Positions 8,003 to 17,743 of a stretch of 64,000 nucleotides of DNA are shown piece after piece (the stretch's first letter is position 1; each line of letters begins with the position of its first letter). A model generated the notes under the pieces. It had not been told where the DNA came from. It made no database searches and worked only from the letters and a program-made list of their open reading frames with translations. This DNA is from Dehalococcoidia bacterium (GTDB taxonomy: Bacteria > Chloroflexota > Dehalococcoidia > UBA2979). The translations under genes and the position numbers were made by a program. The DNA is taken from NCBI GenBank assembly GCA_964291495.2, contig OZ219871.1:800001-864000 (forward strand), given 5' to 3'.

Positions 8003-10224
8003 GAATGTCCTCTAAGCGGCGCTACGACCTCGACGGTAGTTCGCCAAGGACTAGATGATGGTACGATCTCAACATCGCCGCCCCAAGCCTCTGCCAAGTC
8101 ACGGACTATCTTAAGGCCAAGACCGGTTCCTATCCCCAAAATAGGATCTGGCTGGCTCGTGGTAAAGAAAGGTTCAAATACAACATCCCTATTCTCGGGA
8201 GGGATGCCAACACCGGTGTCATGCACTCTGAGCGTGAACGTATCCTTCGTCATTTCCGCCTCCACGCGCACCCGACGCTCTGGGACGCCCTCCCGGACTG
8301 CCTTAAACGAGTTCGTCAGAAGGTTGAGCAGTACCGCGTACATCTCGGGCTCGTAGAGAGATGGTGTGCGCACAGCTGGTGGCACCTCGTTCTCTAGAGT
8401 GATGCTGAAGTGGTCTAAGTACTTGGCGAAGCCTCGCTCCAAGTTCTCGACCAACGGACGAACGGCGCGCGATCGCGGTCGTGTACGGGCTTCCGGGGCC
8501 AACAAGAGCCCTACCAGCGAGCCCTGGTCGAACGCCATCGTTGACCAAGACCGAAGATCGTCGAGTGCTTCCTGATAGCCGTCGAGATGTTCAGGCGGCA
8601 CATGGGTCGCGAGCAGCTCAAAGGCATCGCCAATTTCTCGGAGTTGCCTTGCCATGGTGCGAAGCATGTGATCGAAGACGACCACGGTGGTGCCGGCCGA
8701 AGCGAGTACGCGCAGCATCGACAGCTCCGAGGCTTGCGCGGCTGTCTCCTGGCGGAGGAGCGCCTCGGCCTCGTCGAGGGATGTCTCGATGGCTCGCCTT
8801 GCCTCATCGGGGATGGCCGCCTCGTGAACGACCGCACTCCGCAGGGACTGTAGAGCCTGGGCCACGCTCGCAGCTCCGTCCGAGTCGCCCGTCTCCCGTG
8901 GCCGATCGCGAGCTACCGCCGCCGCCTCGCGTGCGCGGCAGACCGTCATCCAGTCGATACCGTCTCGCACGAACTGCTTGAGCTGCTGAAAGCTGTCGTT
9001 TTGGACCAGCCGATCTCGGCCGATGCTCACCGCCAAGCCGGGGTTGTTCTCCCGGGAGATGGACACGGAGCCGAACAACTGCATATTGCCCGGCAACGAC
9101 AGCATTGGTCGATCGAGCCCTCCCGCTTCCGTCTCAAGCCACTTGGGAAGTTGAGCCTGCCTCCTGGCACGCTCTTGATCGAGGTCCAGCCAGTCGTCTC
9201 CCGGCGAACCGTATGAGAATACCTGGAAGCCGTCCAAGTAGACCCTGACCCCGCCTCTCGCACGTCCCAGGTCTCTCGCTTCCCTCAGGTTGTACCCTGA
9301 GCCCCTGAAACGCCCCCCCTGGTAGACCATCATTCGGATAGTGAAGGCGACTCTATGCAGGTCGGGAAACGAGCGCTCGTGCGGTTTGTGCTGAAGCAGA
9401 ATGTCAGTGTCAAGGAGATTGAGTTCATACTGGGGTTCCCCTCGATCGGTCACCGTGCCGGTGAGCAGCGCCCAAGCTGCTTCTAGGAACGGCTCCCCGA
9501 TGGCCCCCTCGAATCTTGGAAACTCTGGCGCGAGGATCTGTACCTCGAATCCTGGGTCAGCTTCATGGTCGTGATTCCGACGTACGTACCCGCCAAGTTC
9601 ATCCAGGTTCATCAAGTCACGGAACTCAGCCTGAAGCTCGGCCAGGTCCCCTTCGGTCCAACCATCTTTGAGTCCACTAAGGCGTAGGCTCGTTCCAGTT
9701 GGAAGCTCGTCATCGAGGAGCTCACGCGTAACGCTCGATGTCACATCGGCTAGATCGCGACCAGGCTCGAAGTCCTCCCAGTTGAACTCGGCCCTGATGC
9801 GCTCGGAGCCGCCCGACACGCTTGAAGTCGATTCGAGGGACAACCGAGACGCCAGCCGTCCACATGCGAATCGCCCTATGCCCTTCGCGCCAGTCCTCGG
9901 CCTGCCGAATCGCGTCGACCGCGCGTTTATCGTTGCATCGTTCGTCGCGATCCGCATCCAGCCCCGCTTCAGGGCCTCCAGAGTCATGCCCGAACCGTCG
10001 TCGAGCACCTCGATCGAACCCCGTGGACCTTTCACGTCCTCGAAACTCACAACGACCTCGGTCGCGTCGGCGTCGTAGGCGTTCTTGAGCAGCTCAGCGA
10101 GAGCCACCGAGCGGCGAGCGACCAGCCGTTCCCCCAACTCGATGAGCAGCGCAGCGTCGACATCGAAAGCTAGGCTGGTGGTTTCGCCTTCAGGCATCTT
10201 CTGTCCAGCCCTACGCGAAGTCAT
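7999..10224 (-). CDS. MORC/MutL-like GHKL ATPase fused to a histidine kinase
   Basis: N-terminal ELLKNAYDADA/DDGSGM/GAKGIGRFA; C-terminal H-box FDH, N-box NLLTNS, HDTGVGI, FEPFFTT, GTGLGL. Confidence 0.88.
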   Translation of the reverse strand: MTSRRAGQKMPEGETTSLAFDVDAALLIELGERLVARRSVALAELLKNAYDADATEVVVSFEDVKGPRGSIEVLDDGSGMTLEALKRGWMRIATNDATINARSTRFGRPRTGAKGIGRFACGRLASRLSLESTSSVSGGSERIRAEFNWEDFEPGRDLADVTSSVTRELLDDELPTGTSLRLSGLKDGWTEGDLAELQAEFRDLMNLDELGGYVRRNHDHEADPGFEVQILAPEFPRFEGAIGEPFLEAAWALLTGTVTDRGEPQYELNLLDTDILLQHKPHERSFPDLHRVAFTIRMMVYQGGRFRGSGYNLREARDLGRARGGVRVYLDGFQVFSYGSPGDDWLDLDQERARRQAQLPKWLETEAGGLDRPMLSLPGNMQLFGSVSISRENNPGLAVSIGRDRLVQNDSFQQLKQFVRDGIDWMTVCRAREAAAVARDRPRETGDSDGAASVAQALQSLRSAVVHEAAIPDEARRAIETSLDEAEALLRQETAAQASELSMLRVLASAGTTVVVFDHMLRTMARQLREIGDAFELLATHVPPEHLDGYQEALDDLRSWSTMAFDQGSLVGLLLAPEARTRPRSRAVRPLVENLERGFAKYLDHFSITLENEVPPAVRTPSLYEPEMYAVLLNLLTNSFKAVREGVPERRVRVEAEMTKDTFTLRVHDTGVGIPPENRDVVFEPFFTTSQPDPILGIGTGLGLKIVRDLAEAWGGDVEIVPSSSPWRTTVEVVAPLRGHS

Positions 10225-10296
10225 GATGGCTGTCGCAAGACTACCTCACGGACGGCACTGCTTCTTCGCGAGCGATAATCGCTGACTTGCTCTCGC

Positions 10297-10304
10297 AGTA
10301 TACT
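10297..10304. promoter_or_regulatory. Palindromic AGTATACT giving a TATACT -10 box on both strands between divergent defence operons
   Basis: Lies in the 131-bp gap between 10224(-) and 10356(+); no convincing -35 found. Confidence 0.4.
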
Positions 10305-10355
10305 CTTTGCCGTGCCTACGACCGCAGCTCCTCCCCATAGCACGAGGCATCTAGG

Positions 10356-11396
10356 ATGACGACTGCCCAAACTCAGTCCCACCTCCAGCGGCATCAGCTC
10401 GAAGCCTGGGTTCCCGACGGGCTGGGCGGGTTCAGCGATGAGCAGACCGCCATCCCGAGCATTGCCCGTGATCCCGAACTCACCGCGAGGATCTCTGATG
10501 CGGTGGAGCGTATCCCCACCTCACACCGACTCTACCTCGGTGACTCGCGCGACCTTTCGGAGATCGAGTCGGGCAGCGTGCATCTCGTCCTAACATCGCC
10601 GCCGTACTGGACACTGAAGGAATACAGGGACTCCGCTGGTCAATTGGGATCGGTCGTCGACTACGAGCGCTTCCTCTCCGAACTCGATCGTGTGTGGCGC
10701 GAGTGCTTCAGGTTGCTCGCCCCTGGGGGGCGCCTCGTTTGCGTCGTGGGCGATGTTCTGCTGTCCCGCCGACGGAACAACGGCCGGCACGTGGTCGTCC
10801 CGCTGCACGCGTCGATCCAGACCCACTGCCGTAGCCTAGGTTTCGACAACCTTGCCCCGATTATCTGGCACAAGATAGGGAACGCCGATTACGAGGCCGG
10901 CGGCGGCGGCTTCCTCGGGAAGCCGTACGAACCGAACGCCATCGTCAAGAACGACATCGAACATATCCTCTTTCAACGCAAGCCAGGCGGGTACCGGAGT
11001 CCCTCATTCGCCATGCGGCTGATGTCGGTCATTCCGGCGGAGGATCATCGAAGGTGGTTCCGGCAGGTGTGGACGGATGTGACCGGGGCCTCCACCAAGC
11101 TGCACCCGGCCCCGTTCCCCCTGGAGCTGGCAGACCGGCTGGTCCGCATGTTCAGCTTCGTCGGCGATACGGTGCTCGATCCCTTCCTCGGTACGGGCAC
11201 GACGAGCCTGGCCGCGTCGCGCAGTGGACGTAACAGCGTAGGCGTGGAGATAGCTGACGACTACCTCAACCTTGCCGCAGCCTCCTTGCGGCAAGAGGCG
11301 CTCCATCCCCACCGACGGATGGAGATTGAGGTCACCGAGCTGGGTAGCGCTAGTGCAGTCCCCGATCTCACGGATGAGGAAGTCCTGTCACCATGA
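10356..11396 (+). CDS. Site-specific DNA methyltransferase, beta class (N4-C/N6-A)
   Basis: Catalytic TSPPY precedes HPAPFP and DPFLGTGTT. Confidence 0.9.
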   Translation: MTTAQTQSHLQRHQLEAWVPDGLGGFSDEQTAIPSIARDPELTARISDAVERIPTSHRLYLGDSRDLSEIESGSVHLVLTSPPYWTLKEYRDSAGQLGSVVDYERFLSELDRVWRECFRLLAPGGRLVCVVGDVLLSRRRNNGRHVVVPLHASIQTHCRSLGFDNLAPIIWHKIGNADYEAGGGGFLGKPYEPNAIVKNDIEHILFQRKPGGYRSPSFAMRLMSVIPAEDHRRWFRQVWTDVTGASTKLHPAPFPLELADRLVRMFSFVGDTVLDPFLGTGTTSLAASRSGRNSVGVEIADDYLNLAAASLRQEALHPHRRMEIEVTELGSASAVPDLTDEEVLSP

Positions 11397-12328
11397 ACCC
11401 GCAGCCGCGTCCGTTCCGGGACGCCGTTGAGTACTTCTGGAGGAGCAGGAAGCGGTTCGAAGGCGACGAGAGCGTTGCATTCGCCGGCCGCCGGCAGGAG
11501 GTTGTGGGCGGCAGTCACTTCAACGAATTCCTCGCGACGCTGCGCGAACTGTTGATATCGGCCGACGTGCCGCAGGAGTCCGTGTTCTATCGCCGACGCC
11601 TTACGTTACTTCCGGGCTACTTCCGCGCCACGAAGATGTGGGACCTGCTGGTTGTTTCCGACGGGGAGCTCCAAGCGGTCGTCGAGTTGAAGGCTCAGGT
11701 TGGACCGTCATTTGGGAACAACGCGAACAATCGGGCAGAGGAGGCGTTGGGGAACGCGGTCGACCTCTGGACCGCGTATCGCGACGGCGCGTACAGCGCG
11801 AACCCCGCGCCCTGGGTGGGGTACCTGTTCTTGCTGGAGGATTGTGACGCGACTCGGCGTCCCCTCCGGACCGACGAACCTCACTTTCCCGTTCTCGGGG
11901 ACTTCCGGGGCGCCTCCTACGCGAAGCGGTATGAGTTCCTCCTCCGCCGCATGGTGATCGAGCGCCACTACTCCTCGGCCTGTCTGCTGCTGTCCGAGCC
12001 CCGCCTCGCAGCAAACGACCGTAACTACACAGAGCCCGCGCCCGACTTGAGCGCCGCTAGGTTCATCGATGGACTATTGCGCCGTTGCTCCCCGCTCGTA
12101 GGGCTAGGAGGAGCTCCATCGAAGACAGGCAATGGTGCCCTGAGGGCGGCGTCAACGATCTGGTCGCTCGGCGGAGCCTTTGTCGTCCTGCGAGAGACGG
12201 GCGTGCCCACGTCGGGAGTGTGCCAGGAGAGACTGGTGGGCGGCCGGGGCACACGTCTGCCAAGACGACTTTCGCAGGGGTGGCGGGGTACATACCACTC
12301 CGCTACTACGACGCAAGGGAGTAGATAA
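11393..12328 (+). CDS. PaeR7I/XhoI-family type II restriction endonuclease (3' tail possibly spurious)
   Basis: PGYFRATKMWDLLV...VELKAQVGPSFGNNANNRAEEALG motif; ATGA coupling to the MTase. Confidence 0.85.
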   Translation: MNPQPRPFRDAVEYFWRSRKRFEGDESVAFAGRRQEVVGGSHFNEFLATLRELLISADVPQESVFYRRRLTLLPGYFRATKMWDLLVVSDGELQAVVELKAQVGPSFGNNANNRAEEALGNAVDLWTAYRDGAYSANPAPWVGYLFLLEDCDATRRPLRTDEPHFPVLGDFRGASYAKRYEFLLRRMVIERHYSSACLLLSEPRLAANDRNYTEPAPDLSAARFIDGLLRRCSPLVGLGGAPSKTGNGALRAASTIWSLGGAFVVLRETGVPTSGVCQERLVGGRGTRLPRRLSQGWRGTYHSATTTQGSR

Positions 12329-12752
12329 TGATCCCAAGGAAGAGCGCCCCGAACATCATGGGCATAATCGTCTCTACCACCGAGAGTTTCCAATACCGAT
12401 TGCTCTTAGTGCCCGCCGATTCCGGGTCCCACTCCATCGTGAAGAACTGATACGGCAAGCGCGTCTCCATGTCGTGAAGCACGCGAAACTTCTCTGTGTT
12501 GAGTTGCCGGTACGATCGGAGAACGATGTACCACGACGCCGACACGATCAGACCACAAATTCCGATCGCGAGGATCACGATGGCATCGAGCGTCCGGTCC
12601 TCGCTGAATCTGATGAGGGTTCCGAGGAATACTACGAGAGCCACAGCGATGCTGACGTGAAGTCGGTTGGCTCCTTCTCGTCGTTGACTCACGCGGTCGG
12701 TGAGCTCAGCGTGGAGCTTGTATAGGTCCACATACGTGTCGGTCTCTGTCAC
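12306..12752 (-). CDS. Small multi-pass membrane protein (SLATT/RipA-like putative effector)
   Basis: About 3 hydrophobic helices; W...SYRQLN..KF.V...E..LP motif; GTGA overlap with the TIR gene. Confidence 0.7.
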   Translation of the reverse strand: MTETDTYVDLYKLHAELTDRVSQRREGANRLHVSIAVALVVFLGTLIRFSEDRTLDAIVILAIGICGLIVSASWYIVLRSYRQLNTEKFRVLHDMETRLPYQFFTMEWDPESAGTKSNRYWKLSVVETIMPMMFGALFLGIIIYSLAS

Positions 12753-13159
12753 ACGAGTTCTCGGATGCCCTTGACGATGCTCTCGGTGTTCCATCCAACG
12801 ACTTTGTCAGCCGTTTCCCGCACTCTGTCCGAGATGCGTTGGTTAGCCCAGGGCCGTACGGCGAGCACCGGCTTCTCTGACGTGAAACCGTTCTTTGCGA
12901 GGTCGAGCTCAATGTTGATCCACTTGCTGTAGGTGGCATAGACGCCCGCTAAGACAACCACGACCTGACAAGGGGCCATCTGCCTGCGAATCGCGTTGCG
13001 CAGTTCGGTCTGGTTCCTCGCATTGTGAATCGGGTCCTCTGGGGGGACCGAGTAGTCTCTGAACGAGAAATAGCGCCGTCGGTCGAGGAGGTTGATGAAT
13101 CGATCGTACGAATCGCTGTGACGCCACGAGTGACTGACGAACAGATTGTATGTGTTCAC
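12749..13159 (-). CDS. TIR-domain protein (ThsB/MTH538-DUF1863-like)
   Basis: LFVSHSW, SKWINIE (catalytic Glu position), KPVLAV, ADKVVGWN. Confidence 0.88.
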   Translation of the reverse strand: MNTYNLFVSHSWRHSDSYDRFINLLDRRRYFSFRDYSVPPEDPIHNARNQTELRNAIRRQMAPCQVVVVLAGVYATYSKWINIELDLAKNGFTSEKPVLAVRPWANQRISDRVRETADKVVGWNTESIVKGIRELV

Positions 13160-13550
13160 TGCTTCTTTCTCCCGTGCCCTGCCTTGTGCCTCAAGGGTCA
13201 GTACTGCTCGGTAAGCTGCGCCAGCCGCGCCCTCGATTCCTCGATGCTCGGCGTTCGGCGAAACCGACCTGCTTCAGACAATCATGTCCTGGGGCGGAGC
13301 GCCTGCCCAATCCCGTCTGCCTCATGGGTCGCAGTCTCCCTGAATGGACAGCCAGCCACAATCACGGCCTCCACCAATGCCACCGGGTCACGGGCGCACG
13401 ATGGCGCTGCTCCCGACCCATCTAGACGCCCTGCGGGCCCAGCCATGCTGGATATCCCGCGAGGACATCCATGGCACGCAAGAAGGCTGCCGCACATCGA
13501 AGGAGGGGAGGGCACCGCCGTCGGCGATGCCCTCCCTCTTGCGTGTCGGG

Positions 13551-15791
13551 CTAGCCTCTCTCGCCGACCCGCTCCGCCTCGCGCTCCCGCTTCAGTGCCC
13601 ACTCGAACAGGGAGAGCGTTGGGGCTTCGTCCCGGCGCTTGCGCGGCGGCTCCTCCGGCTCCGCGGCCATGAACTCCGCCCACGAGAACAGCGTGCGCTG
13701 CGGCCCCGAGTCCACGATAGCCTCGACGGCCACCGTGTCCGCGACCGGCTCCGGCTCGGGCGCGTGCCAGCCCTCGTCGACCAGCAGCGCCTCGGCCTCA
13801 GCCGCGACCTGCCGCGCCTGCTCGAAGAACGACTCGACCGAGCCGGCCTCCTCCTCGCCCGCGACGATCTTCCTCGCCAGGGCGATCAGGAGGTCGTCAC
13901 CGTCGTCCCCGTAGGCGGCGAGGCCGTCCTCCGGCAGCTCCCCCTCGACGGCGAGCGACGACTGGAGCTTCTGCGCCACGAGCTTGAGGGCGTCGGCCTG
14001 GAGGGTGTTCCGGTAGGCCATGAAGACGACCTGGACGGGCTCGCTCTGCCCGATCCGCCAGGAACGCCGTGACGCCTGCCGCATGGTGTAGACGGAGTAG
14101 TCCGTCTCGTACCAGCAGATCGTCGGGAACTCCACGAGATCGAGACCCGTCTGCACCAGCCGCGGGTGGCAGACGAGCACGTCGACGCCCTCCTCGACGC
14201 GCTTCGCCACCCACGCCTCGCGGCGCTCGGGCGGCACCGCGTCGGCCTTCATCACCGCGACCCGGAAGCCGTGGCGGGAGAGGAACTCCTCCATCCGCCC
14301 GGTGATGTCGCGCGTGCCCGTGTGCGTGGCGTAGACGAGCACCCGGCGTCCAGCCAGCCGCTCGGCGGCCACGAGGTCGACGAGCGCCCGCTCCTTCGGG
14401 TAGAGCCGGTCCTCGGGAAGCGGCGGCACCTGCACGAGCAGCTCCTCCGACTCCGGGTCGAAGACGGTCTCGCCCTGCGTGCAGCCGTCGGGGTAGGCGA
14501 GCAGCGTCTGCAGGTAGGTGGCGAGCAGCCGCCGCGAGCCCTTCGAGAGGGCGTCGGCGAGCGCTGCCCTGAGCGCCCCGTAGAGCTCGTCGTAGCCCGC
14601 GCGCTGCGAGAGCCCATTCCCGTCCGGCTCCGTATCCATCGAGGAGAGCAGCACGCGCTCCTCGTAGGGCGGAAGGCCCGAGGCGACGTCGGAGAGCCGC
14701 AAGAAGACGCTGTTCCCGATGAGGTGGAAGAGCGCGGCGGGGGCGAGCCCCGGCCGCTCGCGCACCACCTTGCGGTAGCGCTTGCGGCGGCTCGTGCGCC
14801 CGTCCTCGAAGGAGTCCGGGTCGTCTTTGCCGATGGTGTGCTCGACGAAGCCGTAGCGCTCGATCCAGCGGCTCTCCTCGGAGCGCCCGAACTCCGTGCG
14901 GATCTCCGGGCTGAACCGGTAGAGCAGGTGGAAGAGCGTCGAGGAGTAGCCTCCCATCAGGGTGCCCGAGAGCGAGAGCGACTTGCCGCAGGCGTCGGCG
15001 AGGACGCCGGCGGCGATGCCCTGGGCGGAGCCTCGCGCCTTGAACTCGTGGACCTCGTCGCCGATCAGCAGCTCGAAGAAGCCCCTCAGGCGGTGCTTCA
15101 CGTAGTCGCTGAGCGGGTAGCGCTTCGGTCCCGAGTTGTCGGCCTGCCAGAGGGCGGAGCCGCACTCGCCGCAGGTGCGCTTGCGGCGGGCGAGGTCGCG
15201 GCCAAGCAGCGGGACGCCGTCCTTGTCCACGACCTGCTCGTGGCAGTCCGGGCAGCAGGGCACCCGCAAGGGCTCGCCCGTCTCCTCGTCGCGCACGAGC
15301 CGGCCGCCGGACGTGGCCCAGCGCTGCACCACGGCGGGCTGCCAGCGGTACGAGAGCTTGGCGCGCTCGCGCGACATGATCGCGAAGAGCGGACCGGGGC
15401 CTGCCATGGCGCGCAGGCGCTCGAGGTCGGTGATCGAGGCGACGATGACGGCGCGGGCGCCGGGCACCGTCTCCTCGACCTCGCGCTTCCACTTGCGGGT
15501 CAGATGCGGGGGGCAGAGCACGAGCACCCGGCGGAAGCCGGCCATGTGGGCCGCCGAGGCGGCGATGAAGGTCTTGCCTGTGCCCATCTCGCCGACGACC
15601 GTGGTGCCGCGCTGCGCCTCAAGCGAGAGCGCCGCGCCGCGGATGGCATCGGCCTGCGCGCCCAGTGGGGCGCGCAGCAGGCGGGGGAGTGGGCGGCCCT
15701 GCTCCGAGGGCCGGTAGCGGGGCGGGTAGGACTCCACCACCCGCCGGGCGATGGCGTCACGGTAGGTGTCGATGAATTCGGCCAGGTCCAT
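13551..15791 (-). CDS. SF2 (SNF2-like) helicase with a Zn-finger insert
   Basis: GEMGTGKT, DEVH, SGT, TGLDL, QASRRSWRIGQ; CPDC...CGEC. Confidence 0.85.
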   Translation of the reverse strand: MDLAEFIDTYRDAIARRVVESYPPRYRPSEQGRPLPRLLRAPLGAQADAIRGAALSLEAQRGTTVVGEMGTGKTFIAASAAHMAGFRRVLVLCPPHLTRKWKREVEETVPGARAVIVASITDLERLRAMAGPGPLFAIMSRERAKLSYRWQPAVVQRWATSGGRLVRDEETGEPLRVPCCPDCHEQVVDKDGVPLLGRDLARRKRTCGECGSALWQADNSGPKRYPLSDYVKHRLRGFFELLIGDEVHEFKARGSAQGIAAGVLADACGKSLSLSGTLMGGYSSTLFHLLYRFSPEIRTEFGRSEESRWIERYGFVEHTIGKDDPDSFEDGRTSRRKRYRKVVRERPGLAPAALFHLIGNSVFLRLSDVASGLPPYEERVLLSSMDTEPDGNGLSQRAGYDELYGALRAALADALSKGSRRLLATYLQTLLAYPDGCTQGETVFDPESEELLVQVPPLPEDRLYPKERALVDLVAAERLAGRRVLVYATHTGTRDITGRMEEFLSRHGFRVAVMKADAVPPERREAWVAKRVEEGVDVLVCHPRLVQTGLDLVEFPTICWYETDYSVYTMRQASRRSWRIGQSEPVQVVFMAYRNTLQADALKLVAQKLQSSLAVEGELPEDGLAAYGDDGDDLLIALARKIVAGEEEAGSVESFFEQARQVAAEAEALLVDEGWHAPEPEPVADTVAVEAIVDSGPQRTLFSWAEFMAAEPEEPPRKRRDEAPTLSLFEWALKREREAERVGERG

Positions 15792-15918
15792 GGTGTGTGT
15801 CTCCTTCTCCTGTGAGGGACGACACCGGGTCCTGGACGCACTACCCCCATCCCCGTGCAGCAGGGGAAGGTTGAGTGTAAGAAGCCATGGAACCGTCCCC
15901 CTTTCTGTGGTCGGTGCG

Positions 15919-15954
15919 AGGCCCGCCGCTCCGGTAGGGGAGACGGCGGGTCTC
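15919..15954 (-). terminator. GC hairpin between the MTase and helicase genes
   Basis: AGGCCCGCCG...CGGCGGGTCT inverted repeat; no U-tract. Confidence 0.35.
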
Positions 15955-15979
15955 GTGTGAGTGCCGCTCGTGCGAGCGG

Positions 15980-17017
15980 TCAGGCGGCGATGTCAGTGAT
16001 CTCGCCGAGATCGAGGTCGAGCGCGACGACGGTCGTGCGCAGCCGCTCCCGGTAGACCTCCTTCGCGCGCGTGGTCTCGACGAGCAGCATCTCCTTCGAG
16101 GTGCGGCCCTTCACGAGGATGCGCCCGTCCTCGCCCTCGAGCTGGAGGTTGTCGAGGAAGCCGGCCGCCACCAGCATCGCCAGGTGCCCGCGCCGCAGCG
16201 GCATGAGCGGCCTGGTGCGCTGGTCTTCCGCCGGCCAGAGCGCGTCGGTGACGGTCGTGCTGACCCAGAGCCCGGAGCGGCGCGACTCCTCGGCCGCCGC
16301 CACGGGGTCGACCGTGCGGGTGGCGAAGAGCACCTCCCCGTCCGCCGTCGCTGGGGCGTTGTAGACCGGGTAGCGATGCGGGTGCAGCTCATCGAGGTTC
16401 CCCTCGATCGCCTCCTGCAGCGCCACGGCCGCGTACTGGTCGTACATCGCCTCCGCCTTGCGGATGCCGGTTACGACCACCTGGTCGAAGGCCTCGCGCT
16501 CCGGCTCGGGGAAGGCCCAGACGCGCAGGCTCCGGTAGTGCGAGGCGAGGTAGCGGGCGCACTCCGCCAGCCGCCGCCTGGGCACCACGAACACCAGCAG
16601 CCCCTGCTCGCAGAGGTAGCGCGTGCAGTGCCGGAGGAAACGCATCTCGACGCGCTTCTCCTCCTCCCCCGAGTCATCGTCGTACGGCGGGTTCAGGTAG
16701 AGCAGCCCGAAGGCCCCGTTGGCGATCGCGGTCTGGAAGAGGTCCGTGCCCAGCGCGTGGTCGAGGCGCGCTTCCGCTTCCTTGGCGCGCTCGGCGTGGA
16801 GCTCCACCCCGAAGGTCTCCACCGAGGCCCCGTCGGGGCGCCCGATGCGCGAGGCGAGGTCGGCCAGCGCCTCCCCGGCCCCGCAGCAGGGGTCGAGGAT
16901 GCGCAGCGTGGTCTCGCCCCGCGTGACCGTGCGAGCCTGCATGAGGCTCGCGACCAGCTCGACGACCCGAGGCGGCGTCGGGTAGAAGCCTCCCTTGAAC
17001 TGCGCGGCCAGTCTCAT
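15980..17017 (-). CDS. ICE-type DNA methyltransferase (DUF6094-like)
   Basis: GFYPTP, LDPCCGAG, LYLNPPY; directly upstream of the helicase. Confidence 0.85.
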   Translation of the reverse strand: MRLAAQFKGGFYPTPPRVVELVASLMQARTVTRGETTLRILDPCCGAGEALADLASRIGRPDGASVETFGVELHAERAKEAEARLDHALGTDLFQTAIANGAFGLLYLNPPYDDDSGEEEKRVEMRFLRHCTRYLCEQGLLVFVVPRRRLAECARYLASHYRSLRVWAFPEPEREAFDQVVVTGIRKAEAMYDQYAAVALQEAIEGNLDELHPHRYPVYNAPATADGEVLFATRTVDPVAAAEESRRSGLWVSTTVTDALWPAEDQRTRPLMPLRRGHLAMLVAAGFLDNLQLEGEDGRILVKGRTSKEMLLVETTRAKEVYRERLRTTVVALDLDLGEITDIAA

Positions 17018-17679
17018 CTCGTGTCTCCTTTCGCTCCGTTCATTCGGATGTGCTGCGCGCCCTCATCGGGCGGCAGCGTGAGCAGTCCCGAGCCGACCGC
17101 CACCGAGAGGTCTTCCCGGAGGGCCTCGGCGTCGGGTGTGCAGCGCCAGGCGTGGACGCCCGACGCCTGCAGCGCCGAGATCTCGCCCTTCGCCAACCCC
17201 CGCCGCCACAGCCACTCCGCCCAGCTGCGGTGCAGCGGGAGGGGACTGCGGCGGTCGAGGAAGCGGTGGTGCAGGGCGGGCGCCTCCGCCTCGCCGGGGG
17301 CGAGCAGCAGGAAGGCGTCCCGCTCGAAGGCGTACTCCGCCATGCGCGTGTAGACCATGGCGTGCCAGCCCCCGCTCACCGGCAGGCGGGCGATCTTCGT
17401 GGTCCACGTGCCGATGGTCTCGTGCGGGACCTCGCAGCGGTGGAAGCCGCCCGAGAGCGCGAGCCCGTTGGCGCCGGCGAGCAGGTGGGCGCTCTCCGGC
17501 GGTCGCTTGAGGAGGGCGGCCCAGATCGCCTTGAGGGCGGACTGGGCGCCGACCATGGAGAGGAACCAGAGGCCCCCCGAGTCGGGGTCGCGGGCGAAGG
17601 CGTCGGCCGTGGCCGAGAATCCGCCCGCGCTGATCGTGTACAGGTCGTCCGGGTTGATGGCGGCGTCGGCCGCGAGCAT
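17014..17679 (-). CDS. Hypothetical protein (ICE backbone)
   Basis: GGAG RBS, GC3-rich codons, ATGA overlap with the MTase. Confidence 0.7.
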   Translation of the reverse strand: MLAADAAINPDDLYTISAGGFSATADAFARDPDSGGLWFLSMVGAQSALKAIWAALLKRPPESAHLLAGANGLALSGGFHRCEVPHETIGTWTTKIARLPVSGGWHAMVYTRMAEYAFERDAFLLLAPGEAEAPALHHRFLDRRSPLPLHRSWAEWLWRRGLAKGEISALQASGVHAWRCTPDAEALREDLSVAVGSGLLTLPPDEGAQHIRMNGAKGDTR

Positions 17680-17743
17680 CTGCTGTCTCCTTCCGGTAGG
17701 GGATGGGTGGGTGCGCGGGGCGGGAGCCCGTGTGCCGCGGCGC

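Noticed and set aside
12100-12328. C-terminal extension of the REase as an extra domain
   Set aside because: Low-information sequence running into the convergent gene; more likely a lost stop codon or a junction
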